DNA of 64,000 nucleotides from the NCBI GenBank assembly GCA_964016885.1, contig OZ024753.1, positions 37,758,001 through 37,822,000 on the forward strand, given 5' to 3'. Of this stretch, positions 34,201 to 48,500 are shown piece by piece (position 1 is the stretch's first letter; each line of letters begins with the position of its first letter). The DNA comes from Eledone cirrhosa. Its lineage: Eukaryota. The notes below the pieces were generated by a model that worked only from the letters and a program-made list of their open reading frames with translations, did no database searches and was not told the origin of the DNA. Position numbers and translations under genes: made by a program.

Positions 34201-37200
34201 AATGTGGTATGTAACTCTGTGTTTCTACTTTTTTATGTTTTATACCTCACACCTCTGCAGGTTTAGCTGATCTCCTATAAGGTTTCTTCAGTGTTTTAAT
34301 GATAGGGGGGTCCATGTTCTATCATGTTGTTGTTACAGCTCACGCCTATGCAGGTTTAGTTGACCTCCTACAAGGTTGTATCTCATAGGAGGTTTCTCAA
34401 GTGTTTTAATGATAGGGGACGCCAGTCCTATCATGTTACAACTCACACCTATAGAGTGTACCAAGTACATTTATTGTGACACCAACACAACTACTTTACA
34501 AAGTGTAGAGGGTGCATTTTATCATGGCACCAGCACTACCACATTACAGAGTAGTGGGTGCATTTTATCATGACTCCAGCTCTAGAGAGGTTGTCAGGTA
34601 CTTGACAGTGCCAGGGTAGGAGGTCCTCTCTACTCTATGTTGTATCAACAACTAAATCTTTAATTTCCTTGAGTCACTACATCAAGTATGTTAGATGTTA
34701 ACACTCATTTTAATATTAATAATTTGATATTTTATAGGTTGTTGGCTGCTGTTGTAATTGTTCATTTCTGCTGACTGACAATCAAGGATTGACCATCATT
34801 ACACTCTACCTTAATTTCCTCACTGCTGCTTTGTCTCCTACGTCAAGGTAAGACACTTTACTCTTAACCCTTTCAATACTGACCCACCTGAGACTGTCTC
34901 TCATCTTCAGGAACACAATCACACATTTTTTAAACCTTTCATTACATCATAATTTTGTTAGCATTTACATTACTCTGTATTTACTATTATATTTTCATGG
35001 TAAAGCTTCTCCTCACATAATATCGAATCTATGAGATTTTGATATTATTTATTTTGAGAACAATACCTTAACATCAATATGAGTAGACAGTTACAGCCGG
35101 TTTGAACAGAAAGAGGTGAGAGAATTCTGGCTGGATATGGCCGGTTTAAATGCTAAAGGGTTAAAATGTTAGTTATTTTATTAAATCTCTCAAAATTGTT
35201 GATTATTTTCAAAATTAAATAGGCAGCTTATTTCATTAGAAATATGGTCAGGAAATGGTTAAATTTAACTTGTGGCATTTTTTTTTTCCAGCTTCTACCC
35301 GTTGACATTTGACTGGATGTCTGTTAGCTACAGCCGAGCTGACAGTGTACTGAGCAAAATGAATGACAAGCCATTGGCTGACTTCTCCAGGGATGGTCAA
35401 ATATTAGCTGTTGCTATTAACAACACTGTTGCTAAGCAAAATAAAATGATGTTTCTGTCCCCCTTCACAAATACAACTGTTGTATCAGATATGAAAGGAG
35501 GTGGTGCTAATGAATCATCATCAACTCATTTCAGGTAAGTCTAACATTAGCAACAAAAACATTTTTTTTTAAATTCTAATGATTTAAGTCAAAGAAAGAA
35601 CAGCAGTACCTCTGATGCCAAACAAAGGGTCAGGGCATGATAACTTCTTTGATGTTGGTGCCACGATAAAATACCCTCTGTAGAGTGCAATGGTGGTGGT
35701 GGTGGTGCTGGCAATGGTGGTGGTAGTGGTATTTGTGGCAGCAGTAATGGGGGTGATGCTGACAGTGATCGGTTGAGGTAGTGGTGTTGGCAATGATGTT
35801 TGTTATTATTATTATTATCCTTCTTTGCTTACTTATTCCTGAGAGGGCCGTTGGGTGCCGAGCCCTCAAACACTCCTTCCAGTGGGTCCTCTCAGAAGCA
35901 ACTGTCTCCAACAATAAATATTATTATCTTGTGTTTTTATTATATATTTTTCCAGTTATTATTGGACAGCTTCTCTACAATGGACCCACAACAACCTGTT
36001 TGTCGTCTGTATTCTCAACTCTGGCTCCATTTGTGTTCTTTCTCGTCTTGGGGAACCCATACTTTTGAGGACCAATGGATTGTCACAAGAAATGGGGCCA
36101 GCATTTTTCCTACCAATTCATCCTGTCATTATTGTACGGTAAGGAATTAATATTTGTTGTTGTTGTTCTGAATATTACATTACTCAGGATTGAACCATTA
36201 TACACTTTGTCGATTTTTTTTCCATCTCTTAGAGCAGAGGTTCTCAAAGTGGGCTCTACCGTCCCTCTGGGGAGGAAGGGGGTGTTGAGAAGGTCCAGGG
36301 GGCCGCTGGGGACTAAGTGGGAGTGGTGGCAGTAGAGATGATATAATAGTATATTAAATATCAAATCATATTATATATAAATATAGTAAAATAAAAAAAA
36401 TATGTAATATTTATCTATACATAGTATATATTATATTATTTATATATAAATTAACAATTTTATTTATTATATATTATTTGCAATTTGCATGTAGGTTGGT
36501 CTCTCTGGAAATAGCGGTGGGGGCATGGGGGGGGGGGGGGGGGGGGGGGGTGAGAACCTCTGTCTTAGTGTAATTTATCCAATTTTCTCAATTATTATCT
36601 ATAGTGATTGACTATTATTAGTTATTTTCTGCATTTGGGACTCTCACATCTTCAAATTTCAGACAATTCCAGTGCTTTCTTAATTCATATGGTTTATTTG
36701 GGTAAGAATGTTTGAAACTTGTCTTTTATTCTTTTGTAGAAATGAAAATACATCTGAGGCTGATGCCGTGGCTTCTAGTCAACCAAATGAGAGCCCCATC
36801 TCCCAGAAGTTCTCAATAAGCACTCATCCACATTCACCAGTTATTATTTGTAGCGATGGGTTTTTTGTGACTGTACTGGAGCTGCCTTATAATTTGAACA
36901 GCATGTCCCTCGTCCAAGACCTGGTGTCTTGGTCCACTCAGCAGCTTTCTGTATTAAGTAAAGAGTACAAACTTGATATCACTCCCTTTTCAGAACAGAA
37001 ATTCTCTGCTGATGGAATTTTTGTCAAGAAAAACGTTAGTTGCCTTACTTTATTGCAACCTCCCAGGTCTTATCACTTTGAAAATGCAACAACATTCTCA
37101 GAAGAGAGTGACCAAAGCATTGTTGTTGAAGATGATCATATTGGTAAGAATCTAGATGCGGGAATGATTACATTCGGTGTTCCTTCAGCCGATAGTTCTA

Positions 37201-40200
37201 AATTACTGCCAAAAACTCCAAAAACCCATTCAGAGATTTTGAAAAATGTTTACCTCGGTTTGCTCTTAGCTTGGAAGCTTGAAGTAACATCAGGTTGTAT
37301 TTGGGACCCAACAAAAGCAAAAGTTACCAAAATTACTCTGTTGAACATCTCAAAAGTATTCCAGCTTTTTCTTGAGGTACCGTCATTAAGCAATTTTTTA
37401 AAGAATGAAATGTCAAATAAATCGAGTCTTTTCCATCTGATTCGTATGTTCAGGGAATTTTTACATCTCCTTCACTTTGATTTCCTCTACCAGAGACATC
37501 TGAATGTGATCATTTATTTTGTACATAGGACAGTTAAACTTATACTTAACAATGACAATCTCTCTAAATCTGATCCTGCCATCAAAACACTTCTTGGCTG
37601 TGAAGCTTTAATCAACTTTACTAATCAAATTCTGAGTAAGACTTACACCTGGTCTTCGAAATATCCGCCATCAAAGGCCAGGGGAGGGCAAGAGCCTTTT
37701 ATGGAAATTATTTCAGAGTCGGAAGATAATAGTTGGTATGAACCATCAAGAAATAGAGTAGAGACTTCTAATTCAAAAAAGAAAACTCCTAAAAAGAAAC
37801 CTGGTATTGATGCTGAGCAAAGAATACAAAAGAACTCCTTACAAGAGTAAGTTCCCTTATATTTACTTCTGTTTCTTTAGGGCTGTTGGGTCATTATCAT
37901 CATCGTTATCATAAACTTGAAGGGCAGTGGATTGGCAGTATCTTCATTATTTTTAAAAAGCCATAGGCAGTGGATTTTATTAGAAATCCTATAATTATTA
38001 TATGATGTGTTGTTTCCTTTGAGCAAGACACTTTATTTCACATTGCTCCAGTTTACTCAGCTGTAGAAATGAGATGATAGGGACTGGGGTCCCTATCATT
38101 CCACTGCAAAGTGGTCGTGGAGGTGCCATGGCAAAAAAGCACCCAGCACTCACTGTAAATGAGGTTGGTGTTAGGAAGGGCATCCAGCTGTAGAAATCAA
38201 GCCAGAATCAGTTCCCGTCCCACCCTTGCAAGCAAGGAAAAAGCAGACGTAAAATGAAATGATGATGATGATAATGAAAGGGTTAAAGAAACAAATTCCA
38301 ATAAAGTATTATATGTGTCTAATTTGGGAATGTTTGCAGACTGTTACCAACATGGAAGTTATTAATGAAGCATGCTGAGATGGTCGCAGCTGAAGATTTC
38401 AAACACAGAAAGAGCTCAACATATCAAGAAAACAACTACTCTGAGATACTCCAAGAATTATTCCAGCGCCTCAATACACGTCTCTTTGCCAATTTATCCA
38501 GCACGCAGGACATCAAAGAAAGGCCTCATAATATCAGCAAAGGTAGGTATATTCTTGTTTTTTTTTTACTGATAAACATGAGATTGTGGCCATGCTGGGG
38601 CACTGTGTTCAAGTTATTTTAGTCAATCATATCTGCCCTCGTAATTTTTTTTAAAAGTCAGATACATATTTTATCAGTCTCTTTTTGTCAAATTGTTAAT
38701 TTGTGGGACATAAACAAACATTGAATGTAAACAGACATGAATAACACACACACATATACATACATACACTTGTTCACAAATGCACACACACACATATATA
38801 TATATATATTCACTTGCACACATAACGTCCACTGACGGCTGAGCTCATGCTGTTTCAACGTTATCCATGGGCCATTGTAACAGCATGAGCTCAGCTGTTG
38901 GGCACTAACTTTTCCCTATATATGCTGCAGCAGCAGTACTATTTAACACCGTTCTTCAGCAGAGTTTCCATCTATCAAAGTAGTGGTTATTTTAATCATT
39001 TAATAGGTTTTAATGGTAAAATTATTTTTCTTTTCTTTTTTCACTTGAATCTTAGGTGAAAGGTATAGTTTGGAATCAAGACATACTTTGGCTGAGGATG
39101 CTTGGAAAGAACAACTGGCTAAATTAAAAGGTAATGTGTATAATTTGTGTTATATATGTATTTCTATGTATGTATATATATATGTGCTAGCGTGGAAGAA
39201 TAGACGTAAAACGGTGATGATGGTATATATATATATATATATATATATACAAGGTCTGTTGAAAAAGTATTTGACTTTCCTGTGAGAAGAAATGATGTGC
39301 AGAGGGGAGTTATATATATATGTATATATATAGTAATAATAAATGTGAAGACTAAAATCCAAAGAGGGCTTGATAAAGATAAATATATATCAAATATATA
39401 AGAACCATAGAGCAAATATTTATTAAAATAACAGATTAAAATTTAAGCAAAGAATCGCTGCTTTCACCCTTAACGGGAAGATCCCATTAAGGGTGAAAGC
39501 AGCGATTCTTTACTAAAACCTTAATCTATTATTTTAATAAATATATATATATATATATATATATATGCTACACTGCATACTATATATAGTATGTTTGACA
39601 GCTATACTATCCTTCATCAACTTCACCATTGTTCTTTCAGATGCAACTTCTTCATCAGACACAACTTCTTCCTGTATTCTTCATGCCCTCCTCTACACTT
39701 ATTTACTGCGGGGTCAGCTTGCCAAAGCCATGGAAATGGTTGAGACTTTAGTTCTAAAAGATGACATCAGGGCCATATCTAAAGAACAAATGGGGAATTC
39801 ACAGGATTTGGACCCGCCATCATTTCTTACCATCATGAACACTTCCATGTCATCTCAGGTAATATTGTACATTTTATAAGTCTAAGTCTCAAGTCTGTCT
39901 CAAACCCGGAGACTGCTCAAGCCAGTGCTTATCCTAGTTTCTGTGATATGTAGGGACTGAGAGTACAAGCCTCCTCCCTAGACAGGACACCAGTCCATTG
40001 CAGGGTTAAGCACCCAGCTATTGCTGCTGGTAACCATTTTAGTATAATGGAGCAATGTGAAATGAAGTTTAAACCCTGACACAGTCAACTTTGCCTTTCG
40101 TCCTTCCATGGTTGATAAAATAAAGTACCAATAAAATACTGGGGTCTATATGGCTTTTCATAGTGATGGTTTTTTGTGTGTTTTGTTTATCATTTCATGT

Positions 40201-43200
40201 TTATCATTATCCCCTGCTAGCAAGGGTTTGATCTCTTCTTTTCTTTCGTCCACTTATTTCTGGTAGGGTCATGGGGACAGTGTCCTCAAACACTCCAATT
40301 GATCTTGCTGGATCCCCAATTGAGACCAGTCAAGCTCATGGATGTTATCCAACCATCTTGCTCAGGGTTGGAGCTTCATTTTAAAAATAATAATAATGAA
40401 ATGATTGTGTACAGTGCTCAGGTGCACTACAACTCATCAAAGGTGCATGTATAGTACATAGAATAATGTACAAATGTCAGGAAAATGAACAGTGTACAAG
40501 TCATGAAATACATGTGTGCGTGTTTTTTAAATATTTCTCTCTCCCTTTCTTTTCAGCAAAAGGTACCTTGCATCAAGAATGCAGCAATTCGACAAGTTGT
40601 GCAGTCTCTTGCACGTTACATGGCCATGTATTTTTGCAACATGCAGCTGTTTATTTTCCCTCCAAACTCTCCGTTACCACTTCCCTCTTTACTTCAGGCT
40701 CCTCAACAAACCTTCCGTGAGTAAAAATCATCAATTTATGCTTCCTTATACACACACACACACACATACACACACACACATATATAGAGATAGGGAAGAA
40801 ACCCCCTTCGGTCATGAATGACCATGGGATGGGATTTGCACCTGGAAAATTCCCCCCGAAGGCACAAGTCCAGGCAATATATATATACAGCCTTCCTAAG
40901 GATTGACAGAATTCACAGACAACATTGGACAATGTGCTTTGTGGCATATAGTTACAGCTTTTTATGCTCTGAATTTAAATCCCGCCACGGTTAGCTTTGC
41001 CTTTCATCCTTACAAGATCAATAAAATAAATAACCAGTAATGCACTGGGATCGATATAATTAACTTTACTCACTTCCCTTCAAATTGCTGGCCTTGTGTC
41101 TAAATGTAAAAAATGTAAAAAAAACAATTATAACTTTCCTAAATATTTCTGTGTGAATTTTCAGAAGAACGAATCATCCCCAAGTTCCAACAAGATGTAA
41201 CTTCCGTAGTCAGCTCCAGTGGTCTGGAAGATCTCTGGACTGTCAGTCGATGTTTGGAATATCTCCTGCTCAGTGGTCTTGTCCCAGAAGCTGCTTGGTT
41301 CTCCAACAAAGTTGGTGACTGGAAGGCGGCTCTCTCAATATCAGCTGCTCTCATGAAACACAAGGAGATCTTTCCGGCACTCTACCAAAGGTTGGCTACG
41401 ATTCTTTATTTATGATTTATGCTTTTACACAATATATGTAGACATACAGAATGGTAGAGATGATAGTGGTGAGAACAGTAACAGATGTAGTGGTGATAGT
41501 GGTGGTGGTGGTGGTGGTGGTGGTAGAGATGATAGTGGTGACAACAGCAACAGATGTAGTGGTGATAGTGGTGGTGGTGGTGGTGGTAGAGATGATAGTG
41601 GTGACAACAGTAACAGATGTAGTGGTGATAGTGGTGGTGGTGGTGGTAGAGATGATAGTGGTGACAACAGCAACAGATGTAGTGGTGATAGTGGTGGTGG
41701 TGGTGGTAGAGATGATAGTGGTGACAACAGTAACAGATGTAGTGGTGATAGTGGTGGTGGTGGTAGAGATGATAGTGGTGACAACAGTAACAGATGTAGT
41801 GGTGATAGTGGTGGTGGTGGTGGTAGAGATGATAGTGGTGACAACAGTAACAGATGTAGTGGTGATAGTGGTGGTGGTGGTGGTAGAGATGATAGTGGTG
41901 ACAACAGTAACAGATGTAGTGGTGATAGTGGTGACAACAGTAACAGATGTAGTGGTGATAGTGGTGACAACAGTAACAGATGTAGTGGTGGTGGTGGTAG
42001 AGATGATAGTGGTGACAACAGTAACAGATGTAGTGGTGATAGTGGTGGTGGTAGAGATGCTAGTGGTGACAACAGTAACAGATGTAGTGGTGAAAGCAAT
42101 AGTAGTAGATGTAGTGGTGATGGTGGTGGTAGTGATGATAGTGGTGACAATAACAGTAATTGTAGTTGCGGTGGTGGCTATAGTGGTAATGGCAACAGTA
42201 GCAAATGTGGTGAAGATTAAGATGGCATCAGTGGCTACATTAGAATCTGCAACAATAATAATTATGATTTTTTTAAACATTTTATTTATTTCATCCAGTT
42301 ACAAATAATTAATTAATGTAGTTTACCCTGTAAATAGGTTTTGATTTTTTTTAAGAAAAAAGAACAAACAAAAACATACAAACATAAACAAATTCTGTAA
42401 TTTTGTTATGATTTACTTTTTTTTTTCAGAGATTCTTTGGAGTTGTCTCTTCCAGAAGATCTTCATCCATCAGAAATTTTGAAGGGGAAACTCTCTGTTT
42501 TGTTACCAACATATTTAAGTACAATGTCTTCCACCTGTAATGAATATAATGGTAATCATATACACACATATCTATGTTATAATATGTCTTCTTATCTTGT
42601 TCATGCTATATCTTACATATATATATTTATGTTTTAATAAGTCTTCTTGTCTTGTTGCTGTTATATAACATATATATCATCATCATCATCATCCTTTTAA
42701 CATCAGCTTTCCAAGCTATCAAGGGTTGGATGGGTTTACATAGACCAAGTCAGTACTGAAGCAGGGCCACTGGTCTCCCAGACAGGCCAGGGATCTGCAT
42801 CTTGCAGATATCTATGTCTTGTTCATGCTATATCTATGTCTTGTTCATGCTATATCATATATATATATATATATCTGTTATAATAGGTATTCTTGTCTTG
42901 TCTTGTTCTTATATCACATAGATATCTATGTTATAATGGCTTGTTATGTTGTTGTACTGTTTTATACTGTTTTATACTTTTCAAGAATGTCTTGCTTGTG
43001 AGGTTTCATGCAGTACAGGATGTTAAATACCTTATTGTTCTCTACTTATTTTTCTAAAAGGTGTATTTGAAGTAAAGGATGACCACCACCAAATCCAGCT
43101 CACTGCAGCTCTTGACAGTGTATTGACTGCCGGAATAGTGTGTGGTGTTGATCTGGTCACTTGGCTCTTCCCTCTTCTAGTTGAATCTCTTCAAAATTTG

Positions 43201-45485
43201 GTGAGCAACTTCTCTGCCAGTGTACCAAGTGATTTCCATCTGCCTGCGCCACCATTTTATTTATGGCAGCCTCCTGATTCGGTATGTAATTTATATTTCC
43301 TCAGATATATGTCTTAGCTATTGTTCTTCAGTTTGAAATTGTCGCGGTAATATATTTGTGTCTTATATATATTATATTCTTTTGCGAATACAAGTGGCCA
43401 AAATGGAGTTCCTCCGAAGGGCTTTGAAGTAATGTTATTTGATAGAGTGTGAAGCTCAGAGATGAGGGAGTCGTTTCAGGTAGAGCTGCTACTTCTCCAA
43501 ATTGTGAGATCACAGCTCCGATACATGGGTATGTGGTCAGAATGTCTCGGGGAAAGAAACGATGGATAGATTTCATTGGCAAAACCAACTGGGAGGAGAT
43601 CCTATGGTAGACCCCAAGCAAGATGATTGCACTATTCAATATAGCTCTTCTCCCAGTTCATCGACACCCCACTATTCATGCACACCCATTATAATAATTA
43701 TTATATATATACAGGCAGAAAAGTGTAGATTTTGATGTTGAATTTTAAGTAGAATATTCTGGTAATTGTTCTTTATGTTTTTCTCTATTTTCTAGAAGTA
43801 CAAAGTAACCTCTTCCACTGCTTTAGTGAGAGAGAAGGAACTACGACACATGACTTCAGTTTTGATACGTCTTATATTGATTGTTCTTCAAGGAGCCAAG
43901 TTGTCCCTGCCATTGGCTAGATGGTATGTCCACCAACTGATGACAATCTCGAAGAAAGCTGCAAATAAATTTGAGGTTAGTGTAATAAATTGACTATCAA
44001 GTGATGACTTGGCAGCTTCATTAGAACGTCGGATAGAATGCTTTGCAGTATTTGTTCTGGCTCTCTGCTCTCTGAGGTTAACTCTACCATTTATATTTTT
44101 GGGGATCGCTAAAAAAAAAAAAAAAAAAAGTATCAGTCCAGTACTGGGGTCGATTCTTCCTCTATATATCTTTCTTATTTCCTCTCTATCACTCTCTCTC
44201 TCTCCTTCTCTGGAAGAAATTGGCTGTGTTCAGACCAGGAGAGTGGTAGTGCTAGTGCCTCAAAAGATGTTGCTGTGTCCTTTTAATTATATCATGGCAC
44301 TAGCACTACAACTTTACATAGTGAGCGGCTGGGTTCATATTTTTTTGGTAGTGGGGTGGGTGGAGTATAATGAATTGTATTCTATCCTTTGTAGAAAGAG
44401 TTGGAATTTTTTTAAATATATTCTTACTATTTCTTTCTTTCTTTCTTATGTTTAATTCAGAGAGAATTTGATGGTCCCATGAGAGAATTCCCAGACATTC
44501 TGCTACAACTTGGGAGTGTGAAATCCAGTCTTCAACCATTTACAACTAATGCTATGTTTTTACCAATATTCTCTTCATTTCGGGACTTTTGCGGCCTCAC
44601 CTGGTTTCTACATGTCCGCGACCAGCTGTCATTGCACAACAGATCACGAAGGTTTTACGTTGAAAAGCAGCGTATTGTAAGTACTGTTAACTTCTGCTTA
44701 TGTTTCATTATTGTGGTGGATTGGCAGTATCGGTAGAGGGTCGGACGCCATGCTTTGCCGCATAGAGTTACGGCCCTTTATGGTCCGAGTTCAAATCCCG
44801 TCGATGTTAACTTTGCCTTTCATCCTTACGAGGTCGATAAAATAAAGTACCAGTAATGTACTGGGTAATTGCTGGCCTTGTGCCAAAAGTAGAAACAATT
44901 ATTGTGGTGGATTGGCAGTATCGGTAGAGGGTCGGACGCCATGCTTTGCCGCATAGAGTTACGGCCCTTTATGGTCCGAGTTCAAATCCCGTCGATGTTA
45001 ACTTTGCCTTTCATCCTTACGAGGTCGATAAAATAAAAAAGTACCAGTAATGCACTGGATAATTGCTGGCCTTGTGCCTAAAGTAGAAACAATTATTGTG
45101 ATTATTGCCGTGAATTGGCAGTATCGGCAGAGGGTCGGACGCCATGCTTTCCAGCCTAGTTACGTCCCTTTACGATCTGAGTTCAAATCCTCTTTCATAG
45201 TTGATAAGATAAGGTACCAGTAATGTAGTGAGTAATTGTTGGCCTTGTGCCAAACGTAGAAACAATTATTGTCATAGTTACGTCCCTTTACGATCTGAGT
45301 TCAAATCCCGCCGAGGTTGACTTTGCCTTTCATCCTTACGGGGGTCGATAAAATAAAGTACCAGTGATGCACTGGGTAATTGCTGGCCTTGTGCCTAAAG
45401 TAGAAACAATTATTGCCAATGTTGTCATTATTATCACCATGATTATCATTGTCATCATCACCATTGACATTGTTGTCAACAACAA

Positions 45486-45519
<34 letters not shown>

Positions 45520-48500
45520 GTTATCAGTTTCATTATCATCGCCTTCGTCATCATTAACATTGTTATCATCTTGTTATCGTCATCATTGTTGTCAACATCA
45601 TCATCATATGTTCAAGCTGGTATGGGTTAGACTGATTGTTATGGAGCCAGACTAGATGAGGCTGAGGGCTACGCTATGTTCATACATTTCAGTTTAGTAT
45701 GGGTTCTACAGTTGATACCCTTCCTATTGTCAACTACTTTACACAGTGAACTGGGTACATTTTATCTTAGTACCAACACTATCACTTTACTGCGTGCACT
45801 GGGTGCATTTCATTGTCGTGTCAGCACTACCAATTTACTGAGTGTACTGGGTGCATTTTTATCTCTTTAAGCATGTTGAAATTTATTCTCTGAAAAAATT
45901 CTTTTGTTTGTTTTGTATCAAATAAAAAAAATATCTTAATATTTATTTTTTATTTATATAGAAATCATCCAGACTACAAAATGAAAAATGGTATGCTTTA
46001 TGTGAAGTTTGTCTTACCTGGACAATCCATTTTATACCATTCAGCCATTATTTGGAAGATGAAGCCTGGTCTTATAAAGTTCTTTTGTCAGTCTTAGGAG
46101 AAATAGAGCCCTCTGTAAAGACAGCTCAAATTCTGGCAACCTTCTGTTATGATGCAGAACAGCTTGATTCTGAAGTTCAAGAAAAACTTGACATCTTGCT
46201 GAAACGATGGCAAACATTCTCAGTTGTGAAGGACCAAAATATAAAGCAGATATCTCCCTCAAAAGGTGGCATTATGAAGAAAGATTCTTCATCAGAAAAG
46301 TCTTTATCAGTTTATTTTCAAGAATACTGTTGTACTGTACAAAAGACGATTGATAAGAAAAGGAAATTCTTTGGAAGTTACTCTGAGTTTATATTTGATT
46401 CCAAAACTCCTACGGAACACAACATTAATATTGGTTCATTCCCTTTTGAAATATGTGAATCGTATGGAAAATTTCTGGATATGTTTTATGATATTTCATT
46501 TTCAAAGCTGTTAGAAGATGGCAGGTCACAATCGAAGTCTGTTTTCCCATTAATCAATGTATTCAGTAAAGAAGTTGTTGCTATACAAATGGAATCTATG
46601 CCATTTCGAACAATGACAGGTCGACATCCTAAACAGAGCCTTCTCATTCTATCAAAACCCTGCAAAGAAGTGACCAGTTTTAGAGATTCCAGCAGTATAT
46701 TGGATCCAAGTTTTAGGTCAGTTAATCAACAACACAGTCCAAGGAAAGTAATAGGTCTTTTTAACCGAAGTCATTCAGCAGACCCTTCATACCGTTGTCC
46801 CACAACTCCCACTAGTCCAATGTCTGCGAATGAGAGGAGGCAATTGTGGAGCAAGACCAAACCGAGACCAGGCAGATCTAAAGAAATGGCACAACTGAAT
46901 AACAGGTCAAAATCATTGGACAGCATTCCAGACAAACAAAACATATTGTGGTCATTTGATATCGATTTTGGGTCCCAGTACTTGAAATTAAATCAGTTGG
47001 TTGATTGGTTGATTATGTGGGCTAAAAAGAACCAAGTTCTCATTTCTCAACTAGAAGTGGAACGAAACGATGGAGATTCTGATCCTAAATCAGCCATGCA
47101 TGCTATCGTCCAGCCACAATTGTTGGTTCTTGCTTTGTGGCTCTTGGAACAGAAGTATTACCCTTTAGTTAACACAACAACTATTAGTAAACATTCAGTT
47201 CAGTTTACTTCAAGTCGAAATGAAACCTCCCAGAAATCACGTTCATTTCAGAGACCCAGAAGTAACTTGGAAAAGAAAAAACGAAAGAAGCTTTATTCAC
47301 CTGCTTCTTCGTCGTCTTCTTCTGTTGTGTTGAACAACGAAGAAACTTCGCTTTCTCCATCTCTTTCATTTGATAAGGAAGAGTTTAAAAGATGGTTGAG
47401 AAGCTCAGAGAATGGAATTGAAGTAAGTAATGATACTCAGGAAACTCAGTCTTTGTCTTCAAACAAATCAACCAGCAGAGCTAAGAAGAAAAAGATTAAG
47501 AAAAATCAAAAGAAGGCAAGTCTACGAGGCTCTACACAGTTGATCAAATCTCTGAAGTTTAAAGACATTGAAGAAGTCGAAGAACAAGAAGAGCGCCGAG
47601 GGGTACATAAAGCATATGAATATGTTCTCAATACGTGAGTAAATTAGTTACTTCTAGGGTTGATAAAGTAAAATATACATGAAAAAAATACAAATTTTAG
47701 GGCAAAAAATATGGGTTTACTTTTACATGGGGTACATATAAAAAATCTAAATTTTAGGACAAAAAATATGGGTTGACTTTTACATGAGTATATACAGTAC
47801 TTTGATGTTCCATTTTCTAGTGTTACATATAAAATGATGTTGATATATATATACATATAAAATGATGTTGATATATATACATATAAAATGATGTTATATA
47901 TACATATAAAATAATGTTGATATATATACATATAAAATGATGATATATATATATACATATAAAATAATGTTGATATATATACATATAAAATGATGTTGAT
48001 ATATATACATATAAAATGATGTTGATATACACATACTTGTATTATTTTTGTTATTTTTTTAGAATCAATGAAGGCAGTTATTCCACAGAACCAAGTAATA
48101 TGTCAGTTTCTGAGATCCAGCAGTCTCAAGAGTACGTACAATTTTTGTAGAATTTCTATAATAGACATTGAATGATGATGATGATGAATATAAGTAAAGG
48201 TTTATTATATATCTAATATAATAGGGCGGTGGAGTGTCAGTCAACATGCTTTGAAACATATAGTTATATTCAGTTATGTTCTGGGTTCAAATCTCACCGA
48301 GGTTAACTTTGCCTTTCATCGTTACGGGGTCGATAAAATAAAGTATGAGTAACGCACTGGGGTTAATTTAGTCAACTTTCCCTTTCCTTAAAATTGCTGG
48401 CCTTGTACCTAAATTAGAAACCATTATATATACTGTATTTCCTAAAATAAGTCTAAAAAATCTACCATGCATTCTGGAGGCCGAAGATTGTTTATCATTT

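Noticed and set aside
41417-42308. Mucin-like Thr-rich ORFs
   Set aside because: Minisatellite between phase-compatible CPLANE1 exons.
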